A program made the translations under genes and the position numbers. Positions 13,070 to 25,400 of a stretch of DNA of 64,000 nucleotides are shown piece after piece. Positions within the stretch are counted from its first letter, which is position 1; each line of letters opens with the position of its first letter. The stretch is from Styela clava (Eukaryota), in contig NC_135257.1 of NCBI RefSeq assembly GCF_964204865.1, forward strand, positions 14,756,001-14,820,000, in the 5' to 3' direction. Below the pieces are notes generated by a model that saw nothing but the letters and a program-made list of their open reading frames with translations, searched no databases and had not been told where the DNA came from.

Positions 13070-15473
13070 CTGATATAAATAAAAAGTTTAAATTTTGTTT
13101 ACATGCTCCAAAGAAAACAGTAAAGTTAATAAAATTACTAAGTATAATAAGGTACATTTACTACAGAATACAATCAAGTTGTCAGTATTGGGCTTGAGAA
13201 AAATAACACACCAGTCAAATACGACACCATGAATGCCAAACTTTCAGAAGTTAATTTCAGCAAAAGCCACAATCAGTGAGAAAATTAATGTTCAAATAAA
13301 TAGGACAAGTCAAAGTGACTAGCGAGATAATTATTTAATCAGTTAGACTTCTCACGCCCTAATATGGGTAGAAAAAATAACAACAATTTTGTATCCTAAC
13401 ATTTTGTCAAAATAAACATAATAAAATGTTAACTGCATATTGTAAGCTAATAAAATCGAAACAAGCTAAATTATATCAAAGAATATTGGGTATAATCAAT
13501 GAACAATATTAGCCATGGATGTTCTAAACAACTAAAATATAAACATTTACCAGTAAATTCACCAAATGGGGGACAATTATAATTTTGAATATAATGAATA
13601 AAAAAGAAAACCAATCTAGAACCGCATTTTCAATTCCATATTCAAAATTATTTTTCCACAAAATTTGGCATACTAAATTGTTTGGCTTCAGTCATCCCCT
13701 GTCATGGCTGTCAATTTTGTTCACTGGAAAAAAGTATTTCTATTGCAATCATTTTAGTAAACTTCCGAACTACATTTTATCACTTCCATATTCTAAACCT
13801 GCAGTTTACATTATTGAGATATTGTCGTAAATAGCAGCAGATAAACTAAGATAAATAAAATGCATACATCTCAATAAAAGTAAATATGGAAAGCTGAAAT
13901 GATGCAATAGAAATTGAAAACGACAATACAATTGTAAAAAAGTTACGATTTCCTTTGATTGAAACAAAGGTACAGACAGGTACATTGAAAGCACAGGTAT
14001 ACAAATAGTAGTGAAAAGCAACAGTGGAAAAATGTAATCTATGAAACTGAACTAAGAGCATAGTAAGAAACAAGGATCTCATCTGAATGGTTTTATATCC
14101 CCAAATTTTGTCTTTCAGGAACTTCCTTTATTTCAAACTTTGAAAAAACATTATTTTACAAATTCCATGGAAAAATGAACTGTCATCAACGTTATTAAAA
14201 TCTTAAATTTTTTTGACAGTATCAATCTCTGATATCACTGGATGTTGAATGAACCAGACTACATATATGTATCAATTTGAAATAAACAAAATTATCACAT
14301 TCAGAATTCTGCTTTACTAACTTGCCAGGCAAAAGGTTTAAATGTAGATATATATATATACTTATCAGGAAATTTACACATATGAACAAAAAAATAATAA
14401 TAATATTTATAATAAATTAAATCGGAAGAGCTCATATTAAAAAGAATTTTGAATGAAAACAGTTACCGGTACTTGTACAATCGAATCATGAATACATTCA
14501 CATTTTACAGAAGACCAGATTGATTAATAAGGTTCCAAATTATTCAAATCTATCGCAATGGAAATCTACTTGTACCTCTACTACAGCACAATATAATATT
14601 TTGTCATAAAGACTGCCACAGAGATAAAAAAAATATTGCAGTGAATATCACTGAGAAATTGAATACAAGATTAAAAAAATTAAATCGTTTGGATTACTCC
14701 CGCATGTACCTGTATATAATTGATTTCAGCATTTATTTTAAAATTCAACTAGCTAAAGATATTCACGAAATATAACACTTTGAAATTGCTTCAAACTCCA
14801 GACATTAACTGCAGTAGGGATTACAACAAGTATTCCACAAAATAATGCAGACAGTTATTGAGATCTGGATTATCACGTCGTTCAGCAAACACGAATAAAT
14901 AACAGGTTCAATTGTAGTTTTACTTCAAGCGAAAATAATTATGGTAATATAATAGAAACAACAAGAATAAAATTGTACAGTTGGTTATTAATAATCAGAT
15001 CTTCCACTGAGAAAGGATAAACAACAGTTCAGTGCCAGTCGAATCACATCATATTTTAGATAATGACAGAAACTGAAATTGATAAAAATGAGTTTACAGG
15101 TCAAAAGTGGAGGACACTAAATTTGAAAAATAAGATTATAGTTTTTGCTAATTGTTACAACTTATAAGATAATTTTTGAATTCCAAACAATATTACAACA
15201 AAGAAATTCGGTTCTCTATGAAAATAAACACTGCATACTTATAAAGGTAATAGACCTACATGAAATTATCCATGCAATAGAACACATCCAAATTGTTTTA
15301 GGCTTTTCTTCACATACACTACTCTCTCCAATATTGTCTTCTTCAGTGAGCGATTTTCCTTTGTCAGAGATTTGTAATGAATGATTGTTGTGTCAGGAAA
15401 CATTCAGATATATTTGGTGACTTACTATGATTATTTTATAATAATTTGTATTACATTATACTTTATTTCGGTT

Positions 15474-16262
15474 TTATAACTTAGGTATACAGCCTTCAAG
15501 TGATATTGCTTCAGGCCAATCACCAAATTTGTTTTTATTTTTATCATTCACCATAATTTGTTCGAAATCAGATGGATGTTTTAGTTTTTTGCCTCCTACA
15601 AATACCCAGTTGTCTCTAAAGGCAAGTGTATTAGCTTTTTCGCTTCCGAGATCCTTAAATAATCCCCTTGCTTCATCGTCAAGCTTAAATGCTGCATCAT
15701 CATATGTGGTGATAAGAACTAGTTCATCTTCTTCAACCTTTTTAACAAATTCCTTTACTTCAGTGCTATCTTTACCATATAAGTCAAATACTCCTTGCCT
15801 TATAGTCTCCCCATTTTTTCCGTTAACGACAGCAATATTCATTCCCCTGTCAACATTGTTCAAAGCATTTTTCATTACCCATTTTCCATTAAAACAAATT
15901 GAAGGGCCGATGACATTGGCAGCACCAGTAGCAATGCGAAAAGTGAACTCTGAATCTGAACATCCTGTTGTCATTTCACATTTAAATTGTGTTAATTCCT
16001 TAGGCACTTGAACTTTTTTTTCGGTATCATCCCATTGCTCTTCCGCTGCTTTTATAATTGCATTATCAATCAACAAATCTGGGTCTTCTACTTTCTTATC
16101 GGCAATTTGAACCTCCTTTTTAATTGGTTCTTCCTTTTTTTCTTCTACGTCTGAGGATTTTGTAAATCCCAGTAAATTTGCATACAGTTGTATCGTGTAC
16201 CATGATAATCCCAAAACAAATATTATCAGTAAAACACGAATCACGCCTGCACCTCTTGCCAT
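15474..16262 (-). CDS. FAM3: FAM3-family (ILEI/PANDER domain) protein, paralog 2, intronless CDS
   Basis: Signal anchor plus ATGAANVIGPSIC, DRGMNIAVVNG, TYDDAA, FRDNWVFVGG, KNKFGDWP and LEGCIP; acceptor at 16285; candidate upstream donors (GTAAGT/GTGAG) near 16910-16975. Confidence 0.92.
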   Translation of the reverse strand: MARGAGVIRVLLIIFVLGLSWYTIQLYANLLGFTKSSDVEEKKEEPIKKEVQIADKKVEDPDLLIDNAIIKAAEEQWDDTEKKVQVPKELTQFKCEMTTGCSDSEFTFRIATGAANVIGPSICFNGKWVMKNALNNVDRGMNIAVVNGKNGETIRQGVFDLYGKDSTEVKEFVKKVEEDELVLITTYDDAAFKLDDEARGLFKDLGSEKANTLAFRDNWVFVGGKKLKHPSDFEQIMVNDKNKNKFGDWPEAISLEGCIPKL

Positions 16263-19200
16263 AGTTTAAAAATTACGACAAAATCTGAAAAATTCATCAC
16301 AGAATAGCATGTTGAAATCATGAAAATTGAAACAAAATGCTTTCAGACAGTTTACTGGTTTAGAAGCATAAAACAAGTAAAGTCTGCTAGAAATATGGAA
16401 GTTGGAACTTAAAAGTCGGTACCGGTATTTTAGAAATGACACTTTTAGACTTTGTTATGTTTAAATAACTTTATTGAAATGGCAATTTTGTCTATTTTAG
16501 CTTTCTTGGTACCATCCATCCTGCCATCAGCTTTCATATAGCCTAGATCTAGTGAAAAATGTTTCTTCATTCAGTCATTGATTTTATTGTTTTTCACCCA
16601 AATGCTGATAGAATAGAATTGCCAACTGCTAATTTTAAAAATGTCACTGACGCGCAAGCTGGATTGGTAATTCAGAATACTAAACTTTATACTTACTTAT
16701 AATCTGATGATTCACTTGCTTGAATATCGAATCATATTTCTGTACGGGTACCGGTACCGTACCGTACGGTATTCTATTTTTAATAGTAACCGTAGTAATA
16801 TACAATATACGGTAATCTAGTAGGCTAAATATTTGTAATTTTACCACTTTATTTCAAATTTAAAAAATGTTAAAGGTATGATTACCAAAGTGCAATCAGA
16901 TACCGTACTTACTGACTTACGAGAAATTGTTGGCCACGACACCACAGAGTTGAGCAAAATGGTACGACCTCACCTGTCAATCTTGAACGATATATTGCAC
17001 TGGTTTATTTCCGCACTAATGATCAATCAGCAATAAGTCAACAATGACGTAACAATTAAAATAAAAATTAGTTAAATACGGTACGTTAATTGTCATTATG
17101 TCTACCTGCAGTTGCAGTAATCCAAGTGCTTTAATCAGCAATCAGTACCTGCAGGCGACACGTAGTTGAATGTTTTTAATGACAATAATGGATTTGAACA
17201 CGTTAACACTCTCAAAACAAGTATCAAAAATTTTGCCGAAAATTTCATGATATATCGACGCCTAGGTCCGGGTCGTGTCGGCCGTTAATTGGCCACGATT
17301 TGTTTATTCAGTTCCGATATTTAGTCACCCTACCCTCTTTTTCTCAAGATGTAACTCGTTCTCCAACCTTGATATACAAATCAAAATATAGTGCAGTAGT
17401 TCCAAACTCTATATACAACTTCAACGAATACAAAGTTATATGTAGTATATATTTACGGTTATATTCACAAAAAATCCTCTTGGACCGAGAAACGCTGGTC
17501 TTCATCATTTTCTCGATTTTTCAAATTTTTAATTCTCTTGCTCGAAATGCAAATACAACACATCATCACACCACGTCCAGGTTTAATTTATCATAGGTAT
17601 CCATAGCGCGAATCAGAAACTTATGTAACTGCCTAATAAATGTGACTGGACACAAAACGCAGATTGCGATTCCTTGAGGGTGTCTTATGTGCAATTTCCG
17701 GATGGGCCGTATTCTGAGGCTACCATTCTCTCCCAGGTTCAATTTTCTATTTGGGAGATCAACATGAAAAAATAACAACCGCTAAACGGTTTCCGCAAAG
17801 CCTCCTCGAGACTGCACTTACTCAAACCTCCTCGCACTAATAGGGTGATCTTGAAATTATTAAACAGTGGCTCTGAAATGTCACTTTATAAGTCGTGGCG
17901 TTTCAAACTGTCAAGAAACGCCTTTTCAGCTTAATTTATCTTTCTGTTGGGAAAAATCTACAATCCACGGCCGGTAAAAGGTTCAAAAAGTCACAATAAT
18001 TGCATTCAATACCTTCGGCAGATTGTGTTTATTTCGAAATAAAAATGAACTCAGATAAAAGAAATTGAAAAAGGTGCAACAGAGGCTTGCGTTCACATGC
18101 AATCATAGTCACACACTCACAATATCAAAAATATTTAGTGCTGGCGAAGCTGATTTCGCCACGAAGAGGAAAAGAAACTAATTCAATTAACGATCTTCAA
18201 GACAGGCAAATCATAGCACAGACGAAAATATTGACTCTCCTGTAATTGTTGTGCAAGAGCCGAAGATGTAACACAGCTTATTAGTAGTAGACTATAATAT
18301 CCCATGTCGATGTTACCAATAAAGTTTTGTTAAAGCTAACATTTCCCCACAAGATCGAAAAGTTTTTTCCTTGTCAAAAAGCAACGCATATAAGACAATA
18401 TAACAACATTGCATGTATTTTTCAACTGGCAAACGAAATTAAAAAAAAAAATTGGAGAAGTGAATAGTACAGGCAAAAGTTTACCCATGAGAGCAAAACA
18501 AAACAGTGGGAAATGCTTAATGAATTGAAATAGTTAAATTTACACCATGTTATAAGTACTACATACATAACTGAGCAGGTGCCAGAATATATATATATTC
18601 TATGGATGTTGAGTGAATACGCGAGAAGTGGAATTTTGGCTTTCGTCAAACCAACACTGTCAAACACAATCTTTTCATGTTATATATAAAACCCATATTT
18701 GACGAAGTTTCACAGATATTTGAAGGAAATACAAATGTGAAATACTGAAATCAGCATATATTATGATCACTGCTAAGGCAGCTAAGGTTAAAGCCCAATA
18801 CCCAAAGTGCAACAAAATCGGTAGAATTTTTGAAAACCATGAATATTACAGCCCTTTCAAAAACATAATAGCTTGTAAATTAGTTGTAAAGGCCTGGCTG
18901 ATAGCGAAGATGTGGGGCATGTCATAAAAATATCCATGATATAGCAGTCACTGCGACCATTTTGAAAAACCAATTTTTAAAAGAATTGTTTCCAAGTATG
19001 CATTGAAACTCAGGAATGTAATATTAGAAATGTTCAAAAGGAGCAGCAACAGTAAAAAAGTTAAGGAATGTGACAATGTTAAGCCTAAACAAAGGACATT
19101 AGGCACTTATCAATTTTCTATAGCACACGGTCTGATTTTGCAGTAGCTAGGTTCAATAGTACACAGCAGCGTTACAAAGTATTTCAGGTTGCTTCTACCG

Positions 19201-19292
19201 GCTGAGCTTCTGGCATGAGTCATTCGTCTTTGCTATTTTGTGATCAAGTTCAAAACCTGTTCGAACACGTTTAAACCTGTTTTTCACAATTT

Positions 19293-19380
19293 ACCTATCA
19301 ATCTCCACAATCAGAGGTATCTGATCACATAAACCACCTATCAATCTCCACAATCAGAGGTATCTGATCACATAAACCAC
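19293..19380. repeat. Perfect ~43-bp direct tandem duplication downstream of the SBNO stop
   Basis: ACCTATCAATCTCCACAATCAGAGGTATCTGATCACATAAACC present twice. Confidence 0.9.
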
Positions 19381-19445
19381 CATCTGGGAGCATGATTTTC
19401 ACATTCTACAGCTTTACAATTGGTATTGCAGTATATTTGTAGCAG

Positions 19446-22400
19446 TTACCGATACCAAGTATTGCCTGGAGCTAAAACAGATGAAACCATATCATCTGGT
19501 GAAAAATCGTCGTCATCTTCTATATCACTGTTGTCATCTTCAATGAATTCATCTTCCTGCATATCAAAAATAAGAATTTCAAAAATAGTTGAGGTATAAT
19601 ACATTGACATTTTTCTTTAGGTTGATATGTTTATTCAAACTGAGTTGGTCTGCATTTTAAAGATCTCAGTTTCAAATCCCATACCAATGCCCTTATGTGC
19701 AGAGAGTGAATAAATTGGATGCCCAAACAGAAAGATCACAGTTCTCCTATAAACATATCAGTCATTACATGTAAGGGTGTACTTGTCCATACCCCCTCAT
19801 AAAAAAGGATGAAATTGTCCAACACTATTAGAACCTTGGGTTTGCTGCTCAATAAGGTACTTTGATTGTCCACAGATTCCATTTCCCAGTAAAACTGTGA
19901 TTATATACTTATTTTGAAATTTGTTTATAATTGATTTTTACTGGTTAGAAACTTTAAATTTGAACAAACTATTACATGAAAGACTATATCTGAAAATGCT
20001 ATGCGCAAACATCTTACATCATCAAAATTATTTGCAGAAAACACTGGTGTGGATGCAGTTCGTATTAGTGCATGATTTCCTAGTTGTTGAACAGGATTTA
20101 AAAGATGATCAGGATTCTGAAGATGTTTGGTTAATTGTTCAACACAGCTCGATGGAATCAACAAACCTGCGAAATAGAATGGAAAATAGCAGTAATCCAA
20201 ATCACTTTTTAATATTATTGGTGTTTGAAGATAATAAGCAAGGCGGCAGGCAACTTAGCTGTAGGGTCAATTCTTTGAATTTGTTGTATGTGAAAGTATT
20301 GGAGTCGAGTGAAACTTTAGTCTTTTTAAATTTTTTTATCTCGTGCGTCAGGGGTAGGAATTCTATTTTAAGTTGAGATTCCAAATCAATTTAACAATGC
20401 AATTTAATGTCTTGTTAGACTCTGACAGAGTTGAAGTTAAAATTTCAGACCCGGATCCAAACTTTTCAAATTCAATGGCATTATTGGTAATTTCGGTGCT
20501 CCCGAAGTATGCGAACCAAGATGCCGGACATCGGAACGTAACATGGGTAACAGGTTAGGGTTAGGCGATAATTTTTTTCCCATTCTCCTTATTTTAGTCC
20601 TATTATCAGTTTGAAGACTAGCCAAGAGCCTCCCGTAGTATTTATACCTAAAATTATGGCCTAACCCTAACCTAGTACACATATAACATTCCGATGTCCG
20701 CCATCTTGGTTAGCATACTTCGGGAGCCCCGAAATTTCTAACGGAGGCCATTTTCACATTTGACATGATATAGAATTCCACTGAAGCCTATGATACCTAT
20801 CAAACTTTAGTATCAAGTTGATTTCAGCCCTACTACTTATTCACAATTTATATTGAAATATTTTTGAATTGATATGCTAACAGTAATGGGATTCCAGGGT
20901 TCCCATTCTTGAAATATGAAATCAAGGGAATGCATCCTTGTTTTTTAGGGTCGTTAGACAACCGCAGCTTATGACTAGTGCTATACATTTGTAAAGTTTT
21001 GTATCAGATTTATGCAAAGCGTGTCATGTAAATTTACATACATTTACAGTTTACATACATTTTTTTATCATGCAATTTTATGTTATGCTCTTGTATTGTT
21101 ATATATTTATAATTTTTTTCTTAAAAGAGGGAACCTGTTGTTGGTAGTTCGATACAAAATAGAACCTGTTCTTAAAATTTCAAATCTCATCACTGTATTA
21201 CTTTGAATGAAGTTGATTACAGATAAATTTCAAAAAATAAAAATAAATTATGACAGATAAACGTAGTTTACTATCTGTATTTAAAATGATATATTGAAAT
21301 TCTCCAGACTTACCAACTAACTTTCCATCTTCTGTTTTTAATCTGACAATTTGCATTTTATATAGTGTCGTCATCCCAGACGATAAAACTTTTTCTATCA
21401 ATCTCCATATAGCAAGTACAGAACCAGACAAAACATGATAAGTACGTCGCCGCTTCCCAATACCACACGGAACTCTTTGAACTTGACGATGACAAACCCC
21501 TTGCCTGCGTACAGAGAAATATGTAATTGACACTTCAAATTGAACCAAATGATGGTAAATGGTATATCCATATTATTATCAGTGGTTGGATCCTAGACGG
21601 TGGGGGTCAAGTGCATGGGGAACAGTATTTGTGGCCACTAGAATACTTCAATCTTATGCCACAAATGCAATGTATTTGTTTCTATCATTAGTGCTTTGAA
21701 TTAAAAAGGGGCATCAAAGGTTACACATCTCAGGTTAAAATCCCATGACCACCACCTCACCCGATTGTAATAAATCGGCCAAGCAATGTCAAACTATAAA
21801 GATTCTGGCCCTGGAAAAATAGTAGATCCCTATATCAGTGGTTGCTTATACTAGGCCATGTTTGGAGTGAAAGACGTGAATAAACTTTTATGTATAAGCT
21901 GGTCTGTGACAGAATTTTTTGTTTTACCTTACAATTCTCATAGGAAAATACATACCAGTACGCATGGGAACAAATATCTAACGATGCCTTGTATTGTTTT
22001 TCCCACCAAATCTTCGCTTCACCAGGTTCCACTTTTCTGTATCGTGATCGAATTGTGGCAAGTGTTTCTCTTTTGACTTGTTTTCCCATATTAGGTCGAT
22101 GTAGCGTAAACAGGCGGAATTCATCAGATAATTTTTCTGAATCTTCATCATTATATGATTGTTGTTTGCGGGTTTTAAGTTGATTTTCAAAACACAAGAC
22201 AGCCATACATCGGCCATTCCTTTTCTGAAATGAAAAAAAAGGTTATGATTTGTGAATGCTATTGCTACTAGCATCAATGTGGGTATGATGACTTAATACA
22301 TGGTTTTTCAAGACAATGGTGGCTATGTAGGTGAAGCGTTAGGCTAATTATGATGGCATCACAGGTTGAAATCTTGGGTTCGAATCCCAGGCCCATCACC

Positions 22401-25400
22401 TCACCCAAGGTATAATAAACCGCCAAAAACTACAAGTTCATTACCAAGCAATGGCTGCTTATGTGGGGCCTTGTTCTGAGCAAACAGCATATAAAAAAAA
22501 AAACTACTCAAATATACATACATCCATATACATACCAAATGTGTGACATAAAATCCATCTTCGTTTTCACTTGAAAGCTGAGACCACGCATTCTCAGCAT
22601 CATCCCATGACATCCCACGTTCAATTTTCACAGTGTGTAATTCAACATAACCGCTGCCAGCTTTCTGTGCAGCTGTTGGTTTGTCGCCGGTACCAGAATA
22701 GGCGTTTAATTGAAATCGTTTGCAATCGACTCGTTCGACACAATCATCTCGAGATCCAACATCTGTCAAGAACATATAGACAGTACAGTCTTGGTTCAAC
22801 TACAAATACTCCCTTACATTTTATTGGCTGTTTGAATCCTTGGTCAGAGGAAAAAGCGGGAAAACAATTCAAGACGAACTCTACATATGAAACTACATTA
22901 CCATAACGAATAGATAGGAGAGAGATGATCAAATATATGGACACAAAGACCAAAATGAAGTGGGTTTGCAATTTCTAACATTAGACTACCGGTACTGCAG
23001 CCTTCAAGAATAACATAAACGCAGAACCAATACAAGGTGCACAATTTTTGACGATGTCATCGGACACAAAAAACGAATCCCATGAAGCCCACAGAAATTT
23101 TCGTAAGAAAACAATACAACAAATATGTGATAACTACAAAATCTCAATAAATAGACGGTAAAACCTATCCATCATCCGTGTTTTAAAAATCATCCCAAAT
23201 ACTCGACCATAACTTCATATATATTGGTTATATCATAATTATTTCTTCAAATGAGTTCCAATTGCTAAAAATGCTCTTTCATTCCATTACAATGGATTAT
23301 AGAGCAGTGCCTAAATGCCAAATATGGCAATCATTTACCTAAGAAAATAAAAACAATATGTCATAATCTTACCCATAATTCCTTGATCAAATTGTCCGTG
23401 AGTTTTTGCTTTTTGAACAATATTAGATAATGTATCGGAAAAAAATTGAAAAACAGCATTTTGTTGTAAAACTTCCATTCCAAGTATACGGTTCATGAAC
23501 TTAACAATGTTATTATATTCTGAAATAGAGAAGAAACATATTTCCCATTCTAGTCCCACAAAAAAGACAAAATAATTATAAAAAATTAGGACCAAGTTGA
23601 ATACAAAGTTACACTTTCTTTATCTTCATTTATATAATAGTAACTATCATAATATCGATGCCACAAAGAACCTAGCAATTAGGATAGAAAAGGAGTGTAG
23701 ATATTTATCCCGGGAGAGAGAAAAGCTGATAAAGCATCCTAATCGTATGGTGTAAAAGGGACTCGCATCCAGTTACTAGTCAATTTCGGGTTTGGGATTA
23801 GTTAGACAGTTTCTTGTTTCAGATGCATGGACATGATGGTGGAGGAACACGTAATTGACCAGCGATTATGTGAACAACCCTACCATAGTGAGCGCACCTC
23901 TCGCACATAATTATCCCCTACGGCAGGGATGGCGAACCTTTTTCAATGAGTGGGTCAAAAATTATATTTTTATTGCGGGACAGGATAAAATGGGTCACAG
24001 ATATTCAATCAATGTTTTTATCCATAAGAAAATTCTGAAACAAATATCTGTTGGTGTAGTTTTGGAACAAACAGAACAGATCAAATGCATTGTTACGGCA
24101 TAAACAATGTCAAGCCAATAGCTGAATAACGGTACACAGCGGTGCAGACATGCGTCAAAGATTAGGGGCTTTGAAAATTACCTTACCGGCCCGAAAATGA
24201 ACAATTCAAATATGGGCGACCGCAGTCTTGACTTCCCAACTGGCGGTACATTATAATAGTTTAGTCGATGTTAGATTAATTTAGGGCTGGTTTTATCAAT
24301 TTTTATCAGTGATATGTTAGCATTTTTTTATTCTATTCGTGCCTTGGCGGGTCACTAATAAAACGCGGTGGGTCACTTTGTGACCCACGGGTCAGTGGTT
24401 CGCCATCCCTGCCCTACGGTATTAGGACCTGCAAACCTTCGAAGGGTAATCAGAGATGCGATGGTGTACACATTTCTAAAACTTAGCAGTAATGTGCAAA
24501 GTTATTTAATTTCATTATTATTTACTGTGTACTGTATTTATTATTTACCTTTTTCTAATTGAGGTGGCGCCCCTGATGATTCTACAGAGATGAGACCAAC
24601 ACCAACCATAGCTCTTCTGATATCTGAAATAAAAAGATAATAAACTATTGATTAGGTAAGCATAAAAAAGGAATAACATATTGTTACTGATCACAGGCTG
24701 AAAATATATTTCACGGTAAAAAGCGAAATTTCCAAAATGTGCAATCATAATTAATCAGGGTCAGCGAAATACAGTCCTGTGCATGTTTGATTACAGTGTC
24801 CCTAATAGGACGTTTGATTACAGTGTCCCTAATAGGACGTTTGATTACAGTGTCCCTAATAGGACATTTGATTACAGTGTCCCTAATAGGACGTTTGATT
24901 ACAGTGTCCCTAATAGGACTCTCATAATGCCAGCGCTGTGGAAATTAAAAGCTACAAGAACAAAGAAAATCCATTACATTACTGTATTTCTAATACAACG
25001 GAGTACAATACAATGGACAAACGATCCCTGCAACCTAAACATGCATATTCCGAGTGTCTAATCTATACTGACCTCTGAAGAACAGTCCAGGATAAGTGGC
25101 AGGTGGATGTACAATAGGAACATCTAAACTTGCAACTGATTTCATTACAGAATCTAGTGCTAATCTTCCAAATTTATTATCAAAATTATATTGGGATAAA
25201 TCTCTTGTTTCCGTGGCGCGACGATCACCATGAGTCAACGCTCCCTGAAATTAAAAAATAAAGTTAAAAAAGAATTGGGTAATATTAATGGATTAATATC
25301 TAGGATTCGGTAATTTTCATTGTAACATTTGAAAAAGATGTCCAATACCAACCTTTATATTTTTAGTTCTGGAGAAACAATTATATTATTTAACCCTTTT

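Noticed and set aside
15529-16011. 160-aa plus-strand ORF, and similar ones at 11642 and 11852
   Set aside because: Antisense shadows of the FAM3 coding sequences.
20550-20570. TTAGGG motifs as an interstitial telomere
   Set aside because: Only about two units, always inside MITE arms.
20437-20682. Similar short ORFs at 20437, 56220 and 58642 resembling a small gene family
   Set aside because: They are chance translations of the same MITE.
20735-20800. Alternative SBNO last exon ([19 protein letters not shown])
   Set aside because: The exon at 20018-20166 (GLLIPSSCV) matches the conserved SBNO C-terminus much better.
22315-22400. tRNA gene (GGTTCGAATCCC T-loop)
   Set aside because: No convincing cloverleaf or acceptor stem by eye; more likely a SINE head. 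tRNAscan-SE would decide.
24783-25061. ORF with FDYSVPNRT repeats, or a CRISPR-like array
   Set aside because: It is the translation of an intronic 27-bp minisatellite antisense to SBNO. There are no unique spacers and no cas genes, and the context is eukaryotic.
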